Source: Lama guanicoe (lineage: Eukaryota). Taken from it: a stretch of 64,000 nucleotides of DNA. Of the stretch, positions 13,459 to 26,585 are shown piece after piece; within the stretch, counting starts at the first letter, position 1; every line of letters begins with the position of its first letter. The notes under the pieces were generated by a model. That model was given only the letters and a program-made list of their open reading frames with translations. It made no database searches and was not told the DNA's origin. Where the stretch lies: contig MU056000.1 of NCBI GenBank assembly GCA_013239625.1, forward strand, positions 13,777,175-13,841,174. Reading direction: 5' to 3'. Made by a program: the position numbers and the translations under genes.

Positions 13459-14699
13459 TCTTTTCCTTTATAGATGCACCATAATCTACATAGGGAATCC
13501 CATGCTGAGATTTTCTTTACCTATGAACCATTTGTTATTCTGCAAAGATTTCCCAATACATTTGGCCTGTAAATTGCTAAGTAAAAATATTTTGTATTGG
13601 ATAGAAAACAAATTTATATTTAACCTGATGCCTCTTTTTAGTAAGACATTTTGAATTAAAAACAATAATAACGAAAGAACATGTCTTCATTAGATATTAG
13701 TCAGTTCATAAAACTATTGCTTAATGCACAATATTCTTGTTCAAAAAATAAATCTGTGACATAATAAAATATTTAATGTAGTATTTGTACAAGATTATTT
13801 TTATAACACACTAAATAGACATATTATCAGCATATCAGAAGGCATTATCTACATTGGAAATAATGACGTGTTCAAAATTTGTTAAGTAGGGTGATTATAA
13901 TACCATAGTGGAATGTGTGTGTATTTGTGTGTGTTTGTGAGTCACAGAGATATAACAGTCCCATGTCTGTTATGACCTTGGTATATTTACTACAATAGTG
14001 ATGTAAGTCCATTAACTGTAATTTTTCAAACAAATCAAATACTCCAAATGCAAGCAGGAAAAAACAATTAGATAATTGTACACTGCAAGTGCATTAGAAA
14101 TCAGAAACTACCTAGGATTCTTACCTTAATTGCTGGTTGCCAGAAAGATAAAATTAAAAAAATAATAATAGTAACAGACACTTCTCACTTTTCCTGACTA
14201 TTAATAATTGTAACTCATTAATAATGGTATTGTGAGGAAAATGAGGGGTTTTTTTATAAGCACTTTGGCTTAAATAATTGTTGAGAAAATGGTGTTTGAA
14301 ATCTCTTAAGAGGAAAAATACACATAAAATATAGATATTGCTCAAAATATCATTATTACACAATGAAATTAACAATTACCTGTCTTCTCTTTTTCCTGTA
14401 AATTGTACTTCCTGTAAGTCTCAACTAGTGGCTTGAACAAATTTTGTCATTATTTATTTTCCTTTGTCAGTGTTTATTTTCCTTTTCAGTAGATGATGTT
14501 CTGTTTCCAACAGGAGGGACATGCTAGCTGCACACTTTTCTTTTGGTGACGTTAGCAACTGTCAATAATTACTGATAGATCCGTCAATTTACTCAAGGTT
14601 GCTTAATTCTCACATTCTTATACAATTTTTTCTTCTTTTTAGGGTGAAAGATTTTGTAGAAATTTCCCCCCATCATCTATTATTTGGTTACCATTATTA

Positions 14700-15020
14700 T
14701 TCTGTCTTTTCAAGTTGGATCTCTGGCCTATTTTATATATATTTAGACTTTTTTTTTTTTACAGCTTTCTTGCTATTCTATACGTTTCCAAGCAGCCCCA
14801 TTTTCTTTTGGTGGAAATAGCATTTTGAGGCCATAAGTTGAGTATTTGAGGTCCTCATTTGTTACTTGGTTGATCAGGAATTTTTGCCTCTGTTCACACT
14901 GGAATTAACCACTCTATAAAGATGAAATGCCTAATGAATTCACACTGATACTTCCAACTGAATTCAGGGCTACAGGACTGTGGTTGACGTCTTTGATTCC
15001 ACGCCTGTGTTTTACATCCG
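14700..15020 (-). mobile_element. Ancient L1MC/L1ME fragment
   Basis: ttttggtggaaatagcattttgaggccataag...atgaattcacactgatacttccaactgaattcagggctacagga. Boundaries approximate. Confidence 0.45.
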
Positions 15021-15524
15021 CCATGTCTGTTAGTCTTTAGATGGTGTGTTCTTGAAGGGATAAGCTGTTAATCACCTTTTTATCAAGACCACTACTAAAT
15101 ATCTCAGTCTCAACATCGCAAAATAGGCCATTTATTATTTAGTAGGTTCTTAAAAATGTTTCTATTTTGAAAATAACTGAATCATCACACAACTTATGTA
15201 AAAGAGAATTACATTGCAAGAACATCTGATTAAGAGTTTTCAGGGGATATCAAAGTAAACTTCCTCCTTTCTTCACCAAGCTAAATTTAGCCGATTTCTT
15301 GGTCAAGGCAAATGACTTTCCACCCTAAATCCAGCCCCGGCTAGAGGAATGTGAACATCTGCTGAGGCTGGGAGAAGCAGTGGTTGGCCCACAATAGGAG
15401 AGTAATTACTCATTTTCAGAGATATACTAGGCAAACCTGGATATAGAGTTAAGAAATGCCTGAAGAGCAAATCATTTTTTTCAGGAGAAAATTGAATATA
15501 TTATGCTTCGGTCATACTAAATTT

Positions 15525-15640
15525 TTTTTAATAAAAAAATGTGAGATAATTTTAGATGTATAGAAAAGTTGCAAAGACAATGCAGATAATTTGCATTGAC
15601 TTCTTACACATTTTCTCCCAATGATAACCATATCTTAATT
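15525..15640 (-). mobile_element. L1MB/L1MC 3'-end fragment
   Basis: gagataattttagatgtatagaaaagttgcaaagacaatgcaga matches the recalled reverse-strand L1M 3' end. Confidence 0.55.
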
Positions 15641-15672
15641 TTATACACTTTGGTTTTGAATACTAATATGGT

Positions 15673-15824
15673 TTTAATTTTATTTATTTTTTATTTTTTA
15701 AGCTCTTTATTGAAGTATAGTTTATTTATAATGTTGTGTTAGTTTTAGCTGTACAGCAAAGTGATTCAGTTGTATATATGTAACATATATATATCTATGT
15801 ATATATATATCTTCTTTTTCAGAT
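15673..15824 (-). mobile_element. Short L1 3' end with its own degenerate poly(A) (T-tract), inverted
   Basis: A T-rich tract is followed by tttattgaagtatagttt...gttgtgttagtttt.gctgtacagcaaagtgattcagt, the reverse complement of the L1 terminus. Confidence 0.85.
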
Positions 15825-17253
15825 AAGCCCAGCAATAAACTCATGCACTTGAGGTCTATTAATTTATGATAAAGGAGGCAAGAATATACAGTGGAGAAAA
15901 GACAGTCTCTTTCACAGTATTACTGGGAAAACTGGACAGCTACATATAAAAGAATGAAATTAGAACATTCTCTAACACCATATACAAAAATAAACTCAAA
16001 ATAGATTAAAGGCCTAAATGTAAGACTGGATACTCTAAAACTCCCAGAGGAAAACATATGTAGAACACTCTTTGACATAAATCACAGCAATGTTTTTTTT
16101 AATCTGTCTCTTAGAATAATGGAAGTAAAAGCAGAAAAAAAAATGAGACCTAACTAAACTTAAAAGCTTTTGCACAATAAAGGAAACCACAAACAAAACA
16201 AAAAGACAACCTATGGAATGGGAGAAAATATTTGCAAATAATGCAACTGACAAGGAATTAATTTCTTAAAAATATGATCAGCTCATATAGCTTAAGATAA
16301 AAAAAAAGCCCAGTTAAAAATGGACAGAAGACCTAAACAGACATTTCTCCAAAGAAGACATACAGAAAAATAACAGTCACATGAAAAGAGTCTCAATATC
16401 ACTAATTATTGGAGAAATGTAAATCAAAACCACAATGAAGTATCACCTCATATCGGTCAGAATGGCTATCATAAAAAAGTCTACAAATAATATATGCTGG
16501 AGAGGATATGGGAAAAGGGAACACTTATTCACTATTGGTGGGAATGTAAATTGGTACAGCCACTGTGGAAAATGGTATGGAGGTTCCTTTAAAAATCAAA
16601 AGTAGAAATACCATATGACCCAGCAATTCCACTCCTAGGTATATATCCAGAAAAAACAAAAGCTCTAATTTAAAAAGATACATGCACTCCTATATTCATA
16701 GCAGCACTATTTATATGGCCAAGACAGGGAAGCAGCCCAAGTGCCCATCAACAGACAATTAGCTTAAGAAGATGTGGATAGAAATACAATGAAATATTAG
16801 TCCGCCATTAAAAGAGAATGAAATATTGCCATCTGCAACATGAATGGACCTAGACAATATAATACTTAGTAAAATAAGTCAGACCAAGAAAGACAAACAC
16901 TACATGATATCATTCATATGTGGAATTTAAAAAAATAATGCAAATGAATCCATGCACAAAGCAGAGTCAGATTCAAAGACATAGGAAACAAACTGGTCAC
17001 CACAGAGGAGATGGAGTGGCAGAGGGCACACAGGAGTATGGGATTAACAGAAATGAACTACAATACATCAAACAGATAAGTAACAAGGATTTACTATACA
17101 GTACATGGAATTACATCCAATATCTTATAATAACCTGTAATGAAATAAAATCTACAAAAAAATACTGAATCACTATGCTGTACACATGAAACTAACACAA
17201 TATTGTAAAACAACTATACATCAATCAATACATACATACAGACATACATAAAA
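15825..17253 (+). mobile_element. 5'-truncated L1 (3' part of ORF2 plus 3' UTR), disrupted
   Basis: Classic ORF2 3' sequence, including a zinc-knuckle region remnant HYWWECKLVQPLWK at ~16530-16571. It ends in tgctgtacacatgaaactaacacaatattg plus a degenerate (TACA)n/A tail. Frameshifts and stops are present. Confidence 0.92.
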
Positions 17254-18219
17254 TATAATCTTCACCAAAACACTTCTCTTTTGTACAAGTTCTTCTATAT
17301 AAACTTATAAATTATTAGAGAAACAAGTAAATTCTTTCCTGAATAGTCAGAGGTTAATTCACACATGCTTTTTGTTTTTCATTCCTGGTGACGTTCTTTC
17401 GCATGGATCCATGAATATATATACTGGCTTGTATTTGTACGTAAATGCCTACTTGTATGTTTTCTTATACTAAGTCTTTAACCATAGCTATCTATTGCTT
17501 CAAAAGGAAATGTCATCACAGTCATGATGAGTATTTGTGTGTGAGAGTAACTGAGAGAACCGTGCATATGGTGAAGGTATTTTTGACCTCTTCACATTTA
17601 AGTGTTAACACCAGTATTCTGTTTTTAGGATTTTTTTTTCTTGCTGGATTTTATTTGATAATGACAGCAATGACATTTAGCCACCTTTCTAAAAACATCA
17701 CATAATAAGTCCTGTGTATATTTTGCTTATGGTTAAATTTACTAATGAAGGAACATTAAAAATTATCCATGTTCTAAAGGCAAGGTGTTAATGTAATAGT
17801 CAATTGAGGTGTTTGGTAATTTCCATTCTGAGGTCCATCATGGAAGTTGAAAAGTTCCTCATTACAGAACATAATTACTTGCATTTTTAAAATGTCAAGT
17901 TCTGAGAATAATTTCTGTCAAATAACAGAACACAGCAAAAAGTCTTTGATGAAATATATTCACTGTTTTGCTATGTATAGGCAAAGGGAATAAAGACTAA
18001 TGGTAAAAAATGTGGTCTTAATAGGTCACAGTTTTGTATTTTATTATGATCCTGAAATCCATGCTTCAATCCTTGACACATGAAAATACTTCTTTGTAGA
18101 CAGTTTGCCTGAATTATGAGTTAAGAACTGACTTGTAGTTTATATTTTAATTCCAAGTTAGTAAATATGAGTTTGCTTTCTAAGAGAAATGCTGAGCACA
18201 TGTAATTCCAACCTTGCAC

Positions 18220-18390
18220 TGAGTCAGAAATCCAAGTCTTAAACTTCAACTTTGCCAAAAAAAAAAAAAAAGTAGGATTTGGGCCATACTTTGTACCTGT
18301 CTGAATCCCTATGGGAAATATTAATATCTAACTCATCAAATCATAATGAGGATTAAATGACATCATCTTTCTACATTGTCCAGTGCTTGG
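18220..18390 (+). mobile_element. MIR SINE fragment
   Basis: gagtcagaaatccaagtctt...atgggaaatattaatatctaactcat...atgaggattaaatga resembles the MIR core. Confidence 0.6.
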
Positions 18391-21064
18391 CTCTGCTGAA
18401 CGCAGAATGCTTCAAATATCCGTTCTAACTGACATCATTTGCAGCTAAATTTTGGAACAAGAGCACCAGGACTGTTTATTTACTGTCCTTGACATGTGCG
18501 CTCTGCCCTGTTGAAAACTCTCAAAGAACGTGGCGGCCTTCAAACACAGGTAAACAGTACTAGGTCTGTCATGTCCCAAACACCACGATTACAATGTCCT
18601 GGAGGTTAGCGCTCTTCACCTGGGGCTCCTAGACCGCGTCGCTACATTCTTAGCATCATGCAATCATTTATCGAACAGCTGATCAACGCCGACCTTAAAA
18701 CTGCAAAAATGTTGGTAATGCATGTAAAAACCTGGAGTTTGCTTCTCGCAGAAAAAACATCTGTGCTAAAAACAAGAGCAACACACTCCGAACTGACAGT
18801 CAACCCTTCATGAGTGTAGTCAAGGGAAATTCAAGGGAAGGTTGCATTCAGCTTTCTTTGCTTTTTCCTCAGTAAAATCAGTGTATCACATTTTAATAAA
18901 TAATTGTGTTGGTTGTCCTCATGGAATAGTATGTCAATATTGTTCATTTTTCTCATGTTTGTTTACTCATTCCCTACATTTTTACCCACTTTTATATTTC
19001 TAATATGGTTGTATGACCATCATGCAATGTTCGGAAAAGACTTTTTGGAATGAAGGAGTTTCGAACAAACTTGCATGTAACACTCCCACTGGCACAAAAG
19101 GTTTAGCTTAATGCTCTCATAATCCAGTCAAGATGTTGAACTAGAAACATCGGTAAGCATCACTTTTTACTTCAAGGAAACATCCTTGACATTGGGTGGC
19201 ACAGATAGCAAGGTGTTATCATGTTGGTTCTAACCTAAAAAGGAGTCAGAGATACTAAAGAATCACAAGCCATTTATGACAAAATAAAAACAAAATTTCA
19301 AAAGAGATTCACAGATTTGAGCCTGTAGGAATCGTAGATAAAGTACCTGCATGGGACCAGGCAGTGCAAACACTGAATTTTCAAGACTTTTGTGAGAGAA
19401 ATAAAACACCAGGAAACCTGGAAATAAGCCTGTTAATAAGAAAACTGAAGTTTTTAGTTGTGCATCCTTAGGAATATCCATTTTTTTAATGACAAAATGA
19501 TTAAATGTTAAAAATGAAACACTTTGAGTGAAATCAGATAAGAAAATTTTTTTAAATGTGTAGAAATTTTTGAATCCTCTAGATGTGAACAAACTTAGAA
19601 ACCCATGCCTTAAGCATCTTCTTTAAAGATGAGTAGCCTTACAACCAGTAATACTGACCCATGGTACAGCACCCCGCTTGTCACCTGGGAGGCGGGACTA
19701 CATAGTCTTGTGTCTTGTTTTCAGTTACTCTTTTACAACATCATGCCACTTTCTTTTCATTGATTATTTGGCAAGATACTATCTGTCATGAAGCATTCAG
19801 CCATTTACATCTTATGGCTGCTAATTTTATCTGGAAGCTAGTTAAATTTAAATTGAATTAGTGATGCAGAGAACAGAGACCATGACATGGAAGAGTTTTT
19901 CTCTGGCCCAATCACTGTTACATAGCTTATAATTTTTTTTTTTATTCCTACCTTTCAGTTTTCTCTCTTGCAAAGTTGAAAAAAAATTTTTTTAAGTTTC
20001 TGCTTGTCTAAAAACTATTAACAAAAGATAATTTTACAAGTTTTAAGAGGCTAGACAGATGTTGTCCTTGACAATAATGCTGTTTGCTGTAATGATTACG
20101 TCATATTTCATCGGACTGGATATGCCAACTTCTAAAATAGTGAAAAAAATAAAAAATAAAATAATGAAAGAAGTAGCTGGAGTCCTGTAAAGGCAAATGA
20201 ATTATGGAATATTGAGAGAAATCTCTAACACACACATCTATGAAAATCTTAATAAATTGATTATATATGCATCTACACAAAATTTCAACAGACATAACAT
20301 TTCTCATTACACACTTCCACTCTATTTTCATAAAATAAAATCCCATTTTCTCTCAGAATGGCCACTTTCCAACACTTGTGGATTAATATTATAACCATCT
20401 CCTTGGGAACACATCAAAAGACATCTCATATAAGTTTGACTTCTTTGGGCAGAGAGCCAATTTTATTATTCTGTTGTTATTTAAGTGCCTTGAATTCCAT
20501 TCTACAAATGCTTATGTAGCGTAAGCTAACCATGGTGGCTGACTTTCTAAATGAAATTGGCATTGGTTGACAAAGAATAACTTTCTATCTTATCTGTGGG
20601 CTGTGGTGATTCAGTATTTATTCTAAGGACTAGATCTTAAAGATGACAATGAAGGTATTATTTATTGATACTATTTTCAATTGGTAATGAAGATATTAAT
20701 TACTTATATAATGTAGAATATACAATTGTGAAATATCTGACATTTTAGTTCAGTTCACTTTTCTGTTAACTATGCAATTCAACTCTAGTAGAAAATTTGG
20801 TCATTTTGATTGTGACAATGGCTTAAAGGATATATGTATATATTAAAATTTATCAAAATGGTTCTTTTAATCATGTGAATTCTATTTTATGTTAATTATG
20901 CCTTGATAAATTTGTATACTTAACAAATCTTTAGTCATTTGGAATCATGTGAATTTAAGATTCAAAACAGGACATATGTTTAAAGGATATATTGATGTTT
21001 AAACACAGAATACACTAAGAGATAATATATTTTTCTAATGGCTATGGTGATCTTTAGCTGCAGT

Positions 21065-21247
21065 AATTAATATAGTTATCCACTAGCCATGAATGTGACC
21101 ATGTAAATTCAAATTAATTAAATTTAATAAAATCAAACATTCAATTTTTCAGCTGGCCAACAGTCATATATGACTGTGGCTACCATATTGGAAAGCTTAG
21201 ATTAGAGAACTATCCATTATTAGTGAATATTATATTGAATAGTACTA
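21065..21247 (-). mobile_element. MER3-like hAT-Charlie MITE
   Basis: ccactagccatg...aaattaattaaatttaataaaat...tgtggctaccatattggaaagc...agaactatccattatt matches the reverse of the recalled MER3 consensus. Confidence 0.7.
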
Positions 21248-21819
21248 TGATGTAGTGTCAGGAAACAAATTTCCTCAAGTTACTGTGTGTGACACATTGT
21301 CAATAGAACATCTAAAACTGTTGATTAGAAGAAAAAATATATTAATTTACTTACCAAGTAAATAGTAAAGCATAGCCTTTCCACCAAGGCAACGTACAAA
21401 AATTGACAGCAAAAAAACAATGAGAATAAGAATATTGCTAAGACACAAAGTAGTAAATACATTTTGTAAAAACTGGTTAGAAGACAAACCAAAAATCTGA
21501 CAGTGGATGAACTGCTGACTTCGTATTTAGAATGTTCCAAAAGTCATCTTTCTGCATAATGTAATGTGGAATTGACTGGCCGTAAATATTGATTGCTGTA
21601 ATTAGTTGTTGAAGGCCACATTTCTTTAGAGTCTAAATATAAATTGCAGCTGATTCATATTTCAAGTAACAAAAAAGTTTATAATTCCTGTTTTTATCTA
21701 GAATAATAACTGCTTTGGTTTGTACTGCAATTTAAAACTTAATTTTTATAGGAAAGGTATTCATTTATCCCCAACACATTCGTGTCTAGCAAAGTTACTA
21801 ATCTCTCTTTATCATTAAT

Positions 21820-22180
21820 GTATTATTTTTAGATTCTCTCAGATGATCTACTTGGACAATCAAACAATCTCAAATAAAGGCAGGGTTTGTTTCCTTTTTA
21901 CCCCTGCAATTCTTGTCAATAGACTGTCTACTTTTCTTTCTTTCTTCCTGATCAGGTCTTCCATACATTGAATAGTAGACTCAATAATGAATAGTCTACA
22001 CTTGCTTCTAATAGATTTCTCATTGAAAATCATTGTTTTTCATTTTCATTTTCAGTAAAGAGTTATTAAGTCACATGTCTTCAGTTTTTGGTTTCCTAAA
22101 ACTTTTTATCATGAAAGATTGTTAAGTTCATCAGATTCTCCTTATACCTTTTTTGAATCATCATGTTTGCGGATGTGTGT
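21820..22180 (-). mobile_element. Ancient L1M ORF2 fragment
   Basis: Reverse-strand L1M phrases (agattctc...acaatca...caaataa...tcttccatacattgaatagtag). Boundaries approximate. Confidence 0.45.
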
Positions 22181-22424
22181 TTATCTTTTCATGGCTTGGC
22201 CCTAATGGGCCCAACATATTGGTCTTGCGTCATAATCCCTATTATCTCTGGTCTCAAAGAAGCTGAGAAAGAAATTAAATAGGTCAGCTGAGGTGTCCCT
22301 TGTCCTAATAGTAGCCTAGAATGAGAAATTTTGTATTTTATTCTTTGTGCTTTCTAAAAGCCAGAACTGAATACAAGAAAAATGTCAAATAACAACACAT
22401 TAAGGTGGCCAAATACTAGAACTG

Positions 22425-22820
22425 AATTGTCCAATCCATGGGCCACTAAGGACATATGGTTATTAAGCACTTGAAATGTGGGACTGCATTTCATTTTAAC
22501 TGATGAAAATTTGGTGAGATGTGTTTTATTGTAAAATATTAGTCAGTTTAAAGACATATCAAAAAATAAAATATCTTATTAACATTTATATTGATTGAAT
22601 ATTTAAGTGATACTTTTGATACATTTGATATTTTTATATATTGAGTTAAATAAAATATGCTATCAAAACTAATTTTATGTGTTTCTTAATGCTTGTTTTT
22701 AGTGTGGAAATTAGTAATATGTGTAATTACGTATTTTATATTTATATAAATGTATGATATGCTCATATTTATATATTACTCAAATATTTTATCACACATA
22801 ATATTTGTCGGATAGCACTA
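22425..22820. mobile_element. MER33-like hAT-Charlie MITE
   Basis: tgtccaat..ggccactaaggacatatggttattaagcacttgaaatgtgg at the left end, tatattgagttaaataaaatat internally, and tcggatagcacta at the right end. Confidence 0.7.
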
Positions 22821-23686
22821 GTATAAAGACAGACAGAAGAACTAAATATGATATTTAAACCAACAGTCACTAAAGGTGAGAGACTATATCTGCATATAAA
22901 TGGTGCTGATGGTATTCAAGGAAATTCAACTAGAATCACATAAAGATCTAGATATTAAAATCAACAGCAAAAGTAGACAAATTGGAGGGTGGATGAAGAC
23001 CATCAGTCCCTAAGTTAGTGATCTCTGGTACCAAGTCAAAGATATATCTAAAAACTCAAAGTGAAAATACCAAGACAGAAATATGAAGGAATAAGACTTT
23101 CAATAACTTACATGTTAATGAAGATACTGTTATGATAAGAAAAGGAGCTGGTGGAAGAGACAAATAGTTAAGCACAGAATGGAAGGCAATCCTGACAAGA
23201 TGGAGGAATACCCATTCCTTCAGTTTGAAAGTCTAAAGCAGCAAAAAACAATGCAAACTTAGGCATTCCCTATAAATGTCTCGAATTCAAGAAAATCTGC
23301 TGTTAGAGAGTGAGAATAACTTATGAAAACATGATGAAAATAATAAACTATTTAGTATCAGAATTATTTTCAACATACAAAGCATTACCTCCCTTGAACC
23401 AAGAATAAATTTTCTTACATATCCAGGCAAGATTTAAAAGAACATTTACCAGGCCATTTGGCTACAATATTTTAAACATTCAAAAATGCAAGCCATATTC
23501 CCAGATTACAATACAATGAATTATAAATATAATAAAAGTATAACATAGAATATTAAATACTTAGAATTTTAAAAATACTTGACTAGGTAATTCTATGAAT
23601 TATTTTAATAGATGTATATACTAATGCATTCATTTATATGGCTTAGCAGGGCTATGTGGTTGAAAATTGCAGGGAGTTCTAATTGT

Positions 23687-23688
<2 letters not shown>

Positions 23689-23730
<42 letters not shown>
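23689..23730. repeat. (GT)18 microsatellite
   Basis: Direct reading: perfect GT repeat 23689-23724 plus an imperfect tail. Confidence 0.95.
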
Positions 23731-23732
<2 letters not shown>

Positions 23733-24792
23733 ACATTCAGCACATGAAGAAAGAAAGTGGATAAGAAGAAGCTCAAAGCTAAGCCTTCACTCTTCTTTTA
23801 TGAAAGCAAATTTTTACCTGGATTCTTAAGCAAAGAGAGGACTCCCAAGACAAGCATGAACTGTGATAAGATTTTTTCCCCGTGCAGTGATGGTAATGGT
23901 CTACTGCAAATGTGAATTTCTTTATGACCCCCAAAATCCTGAATGTATGCTCAAAAAAAAAAACAGAAGCAAGTGATGAATATGAATATATTCTAAAGCT
24001 AAAAACTATTGGGCAAGGTTCACCATGTCTTTTTCATGTATTTTCTTTTAATTTGAGGCTTAATACAATAACAACTATTGTGGGGTTTTGGGTTTTTTTT
24101 TTTTTGAGCTATATCTGGCATGATTGGTTACTAATCTTTAGAGAATTGTTCTGAAATAAGAGTTTTAAAAGAAGAGTGTGGAAATGCAAAATAATTCTCT
24201 TTCTGGCAACAAGGGAATGTGATATTTTCAAAGACAGAAAAGCCTCTGTGAAAAACACTTCAAATATTTGATAAAATACAAAGACATACTTTTTTAAAAG
24301 ACATTCTGAGCAGACAGTCACATAAAGGGAATCTTCACAGCCTCCAAACAATGAAAAAGCATGAATCCAGAAGGGAAGACAAGCTGTCTAAACAGCAGTG
24401 GTCCCATAGGCTTCTGTTACTCACTGATGACCTGGAAATTATGCCTTAAAGGACTATAGGGAGACAGGTGGAAAAACTAATGGGCTCATGAAAGTTGGGA
24501 ATTCAGATTAGAAACCCTGTCATAAGTCTAGGAGCAAGAAAAATGAGACATGAGACATAATGAAAGTGAGAATTAAGAAAAAATCACACTGTAAAAAGAG
24601 ACAGAAATAAGAGTGGCCCATCACTGTCTGGGGGTCTGGATCTGAAAAAGTATAAATAAGATCAGCAAAAACCTTCCTCCAAGAACTGGTAAACACATTC
24701 TAGCCATAAAATGAGGAGGGAAAAGCACCCAAATTGCAAATGCCATCGAAGAGATTATTTTACTTGAGATAGCTCTTGGTTGATAACTCTAC

Positions 24793-25344
24793 TACAGAAG
24801 GAGAATTAATCAAATGGCCACATTTAGGCTAACAGATTGCTTATTCTTATGTTCCCCCTTAAAATGGTTAACTGACCTGAATGACCAGGTGCTACTCACA
24901 GCTCCAGGCCAGTTGTTAAAATAAAGCTATTAATTTTACTGTTCCTGCTTTATTCCAGTAATCGAAAGTAGTAATCATACTTGGTTTCTGAGTTGTTCTC
25001 CAGGGAGAAGGTCACAGAACTGTAACCTTAAAAAAATTGGTTACATACAAAGAAGACCACACCTTGGGTGCTTAGGAGATAAAGAGATCAAAAAAGTGAC
25101 AACCACTAGCTTCTATAGAGTTGGTGGCCTGGAGGCATCATGATGCCACTCTAAGGCTCATGAGGAGAAAATGATGCTGTTGACTATTTATTGTTTGATC
25201 ACCCTATCTGATCACCCTATCCCATCTGCAAGGTAGGTTCACAGTTTTGAAGGCACCAGCTGTCTCTTTTCTTCTAAGCTTAAAGATCCTGTTTCTGAGT
25301 TTCAATTTGGCTCATCAGGGATGGTGGCCGATCTTTTGGCAACA
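24793..25344 (+). mobile_element. ERV1-type solo LTR
   Basis: The 3' end is typical of ERV1 LTRs (cacagttttgaaggcaccagc...ttcaatttggctca...ggccgatcttttggcaaca). Flanks are CTAC/GTAC. Left boundary approximate. Confidence 0.6.
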
Positions 25345-25384
25345 GTACTGGACAAGACAATGACAAAATAAAACTTTCCTTAAT

Positions 25385-25556
25385 CTACATATTCTAGTTC
25401 CTTATTATTCCATAATGAATCACCTCAAATTTAGTCATGTACAATAGCAACAGTCATTTATTTTGCTCCCAAATCTGCAATTCAGGAAGAATTTGTGGTG
25501 ACAGCTTGTCTTCCTTCCATCAGACATCAGCAGGGTCATCTCTAAGACCGGAAGCC
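25385..25556 (-). mobile_element. MLT1 (MaLR) LTR fragment
   Basis: ataatgaatcacctcaaatttagt...tcatttattttgctcccaaatctgcaatt...gacagcttgtct. Confidence 0.55.
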
Positions 25557-25759
25557 TAAGGATTCTGGAAAGAAAAAAATACTAATGAAAATAGATGCAC
25601 TCAATATATTTAACTAAATAAAAAGGCGTATCAGATATATGATTAAAAAAATGGGTGTGTTAAAAATGACCAGTCATTCTTGGTTTCAGTTTCCACACAT
25701 AAAAATTTTGGAAATAGTCATTAAAAACTTAGGAAATTGACAAAATTCTTTCAAATTTT

Positions 25760-26300
25760 ATGAAATGAAAATGGGAAAGGAAGAAACTAATTTTAAAATA
25801 AAAAGGAGATGAATGCAGATGCAGTAGATATTAAAAAGATAGTAAGAGAAGATGACAATCCTCTTAAAAATTTAAAATATTTTAAAAAGATAAATACATA
25901 GAAAAGTGTGGCTTTATTAAAACTGACTCAAGAAGAATGAGAAAAGCTGGATATTTCTATAAGCATTAAACAATTGAATCAAGAATTAAAAGTCTCTCTC
26001 TTTTCCACTCTCCCTTCCCCTGCTTCAGGCCCAGATAATTTTGCAGACGAGTTCCATCAGGTTTTCAAAGAACAGATTTCCCCAATTTGATATAAACTAT
26101 TCCAGAAAATAAAAATATGGTAAAGTCCATAATTTTTATATTGATGCTAGAATAACCTTGACCCCACAATTAGGAAAAGTAATATGAGAAATTAAAGCAG
26201 TGAGCCAATTTCATTCATTACTATAGATACAGAAAACTAAGTCAAAATATTAGCAAACTGATTCCATCAGCTTTTATAAAAAATAATATATACAATTTGA
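25760..26300 (+). mobile_element. Ancient L1M ORF2 (RT-proximal) fragment
   Basis: aaaactgactcaagaagaa...caggcccagataatttt...tataaactattccagaaaata...caaaatattagcaaactga. Confidence 0.75.
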
Positions 26301-26344
26301 GTCTCTTTTAGAAAAATTACTAACATTAAGAAACTGTCAATTAA

Positions 26345-26585
26345 GAGACTGGAGGAGAATACACAGCTGGGTCCTCTTTTCTGGTGAATGCACCCAGTTC
26401 AAGCTGCTGTGTGTGCCTTCTATGCAGAATATCCCTTGGTTGACAAGAGCCACCTTTCTGGAAGATTCTGGAGAACTCCCTTGAGCAGCCCATCATGAAT
26501 ACCAGAGTACGAAAGCCAGGAACACCTGCTTTAACTGGAGACGATTCTTTGGCATGATTTATGCTCCAGAAACCTTCCCCACACC
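26345..26585 (+). mobile_element. LTR16-like (ERVL) LTR fragment
   Basis: agagccacct...gagcagccca...taactggagacgattct...atttatgctccagaa resembles the LTR16 family. Confidence 0.45.

Noticed and set aside
16035..17168. ORFs 16035-16253 (-) and 16920-17168 (+)
   Set aside because: These are antisense or 3'-UTR readings of a decayed L1, not genes.
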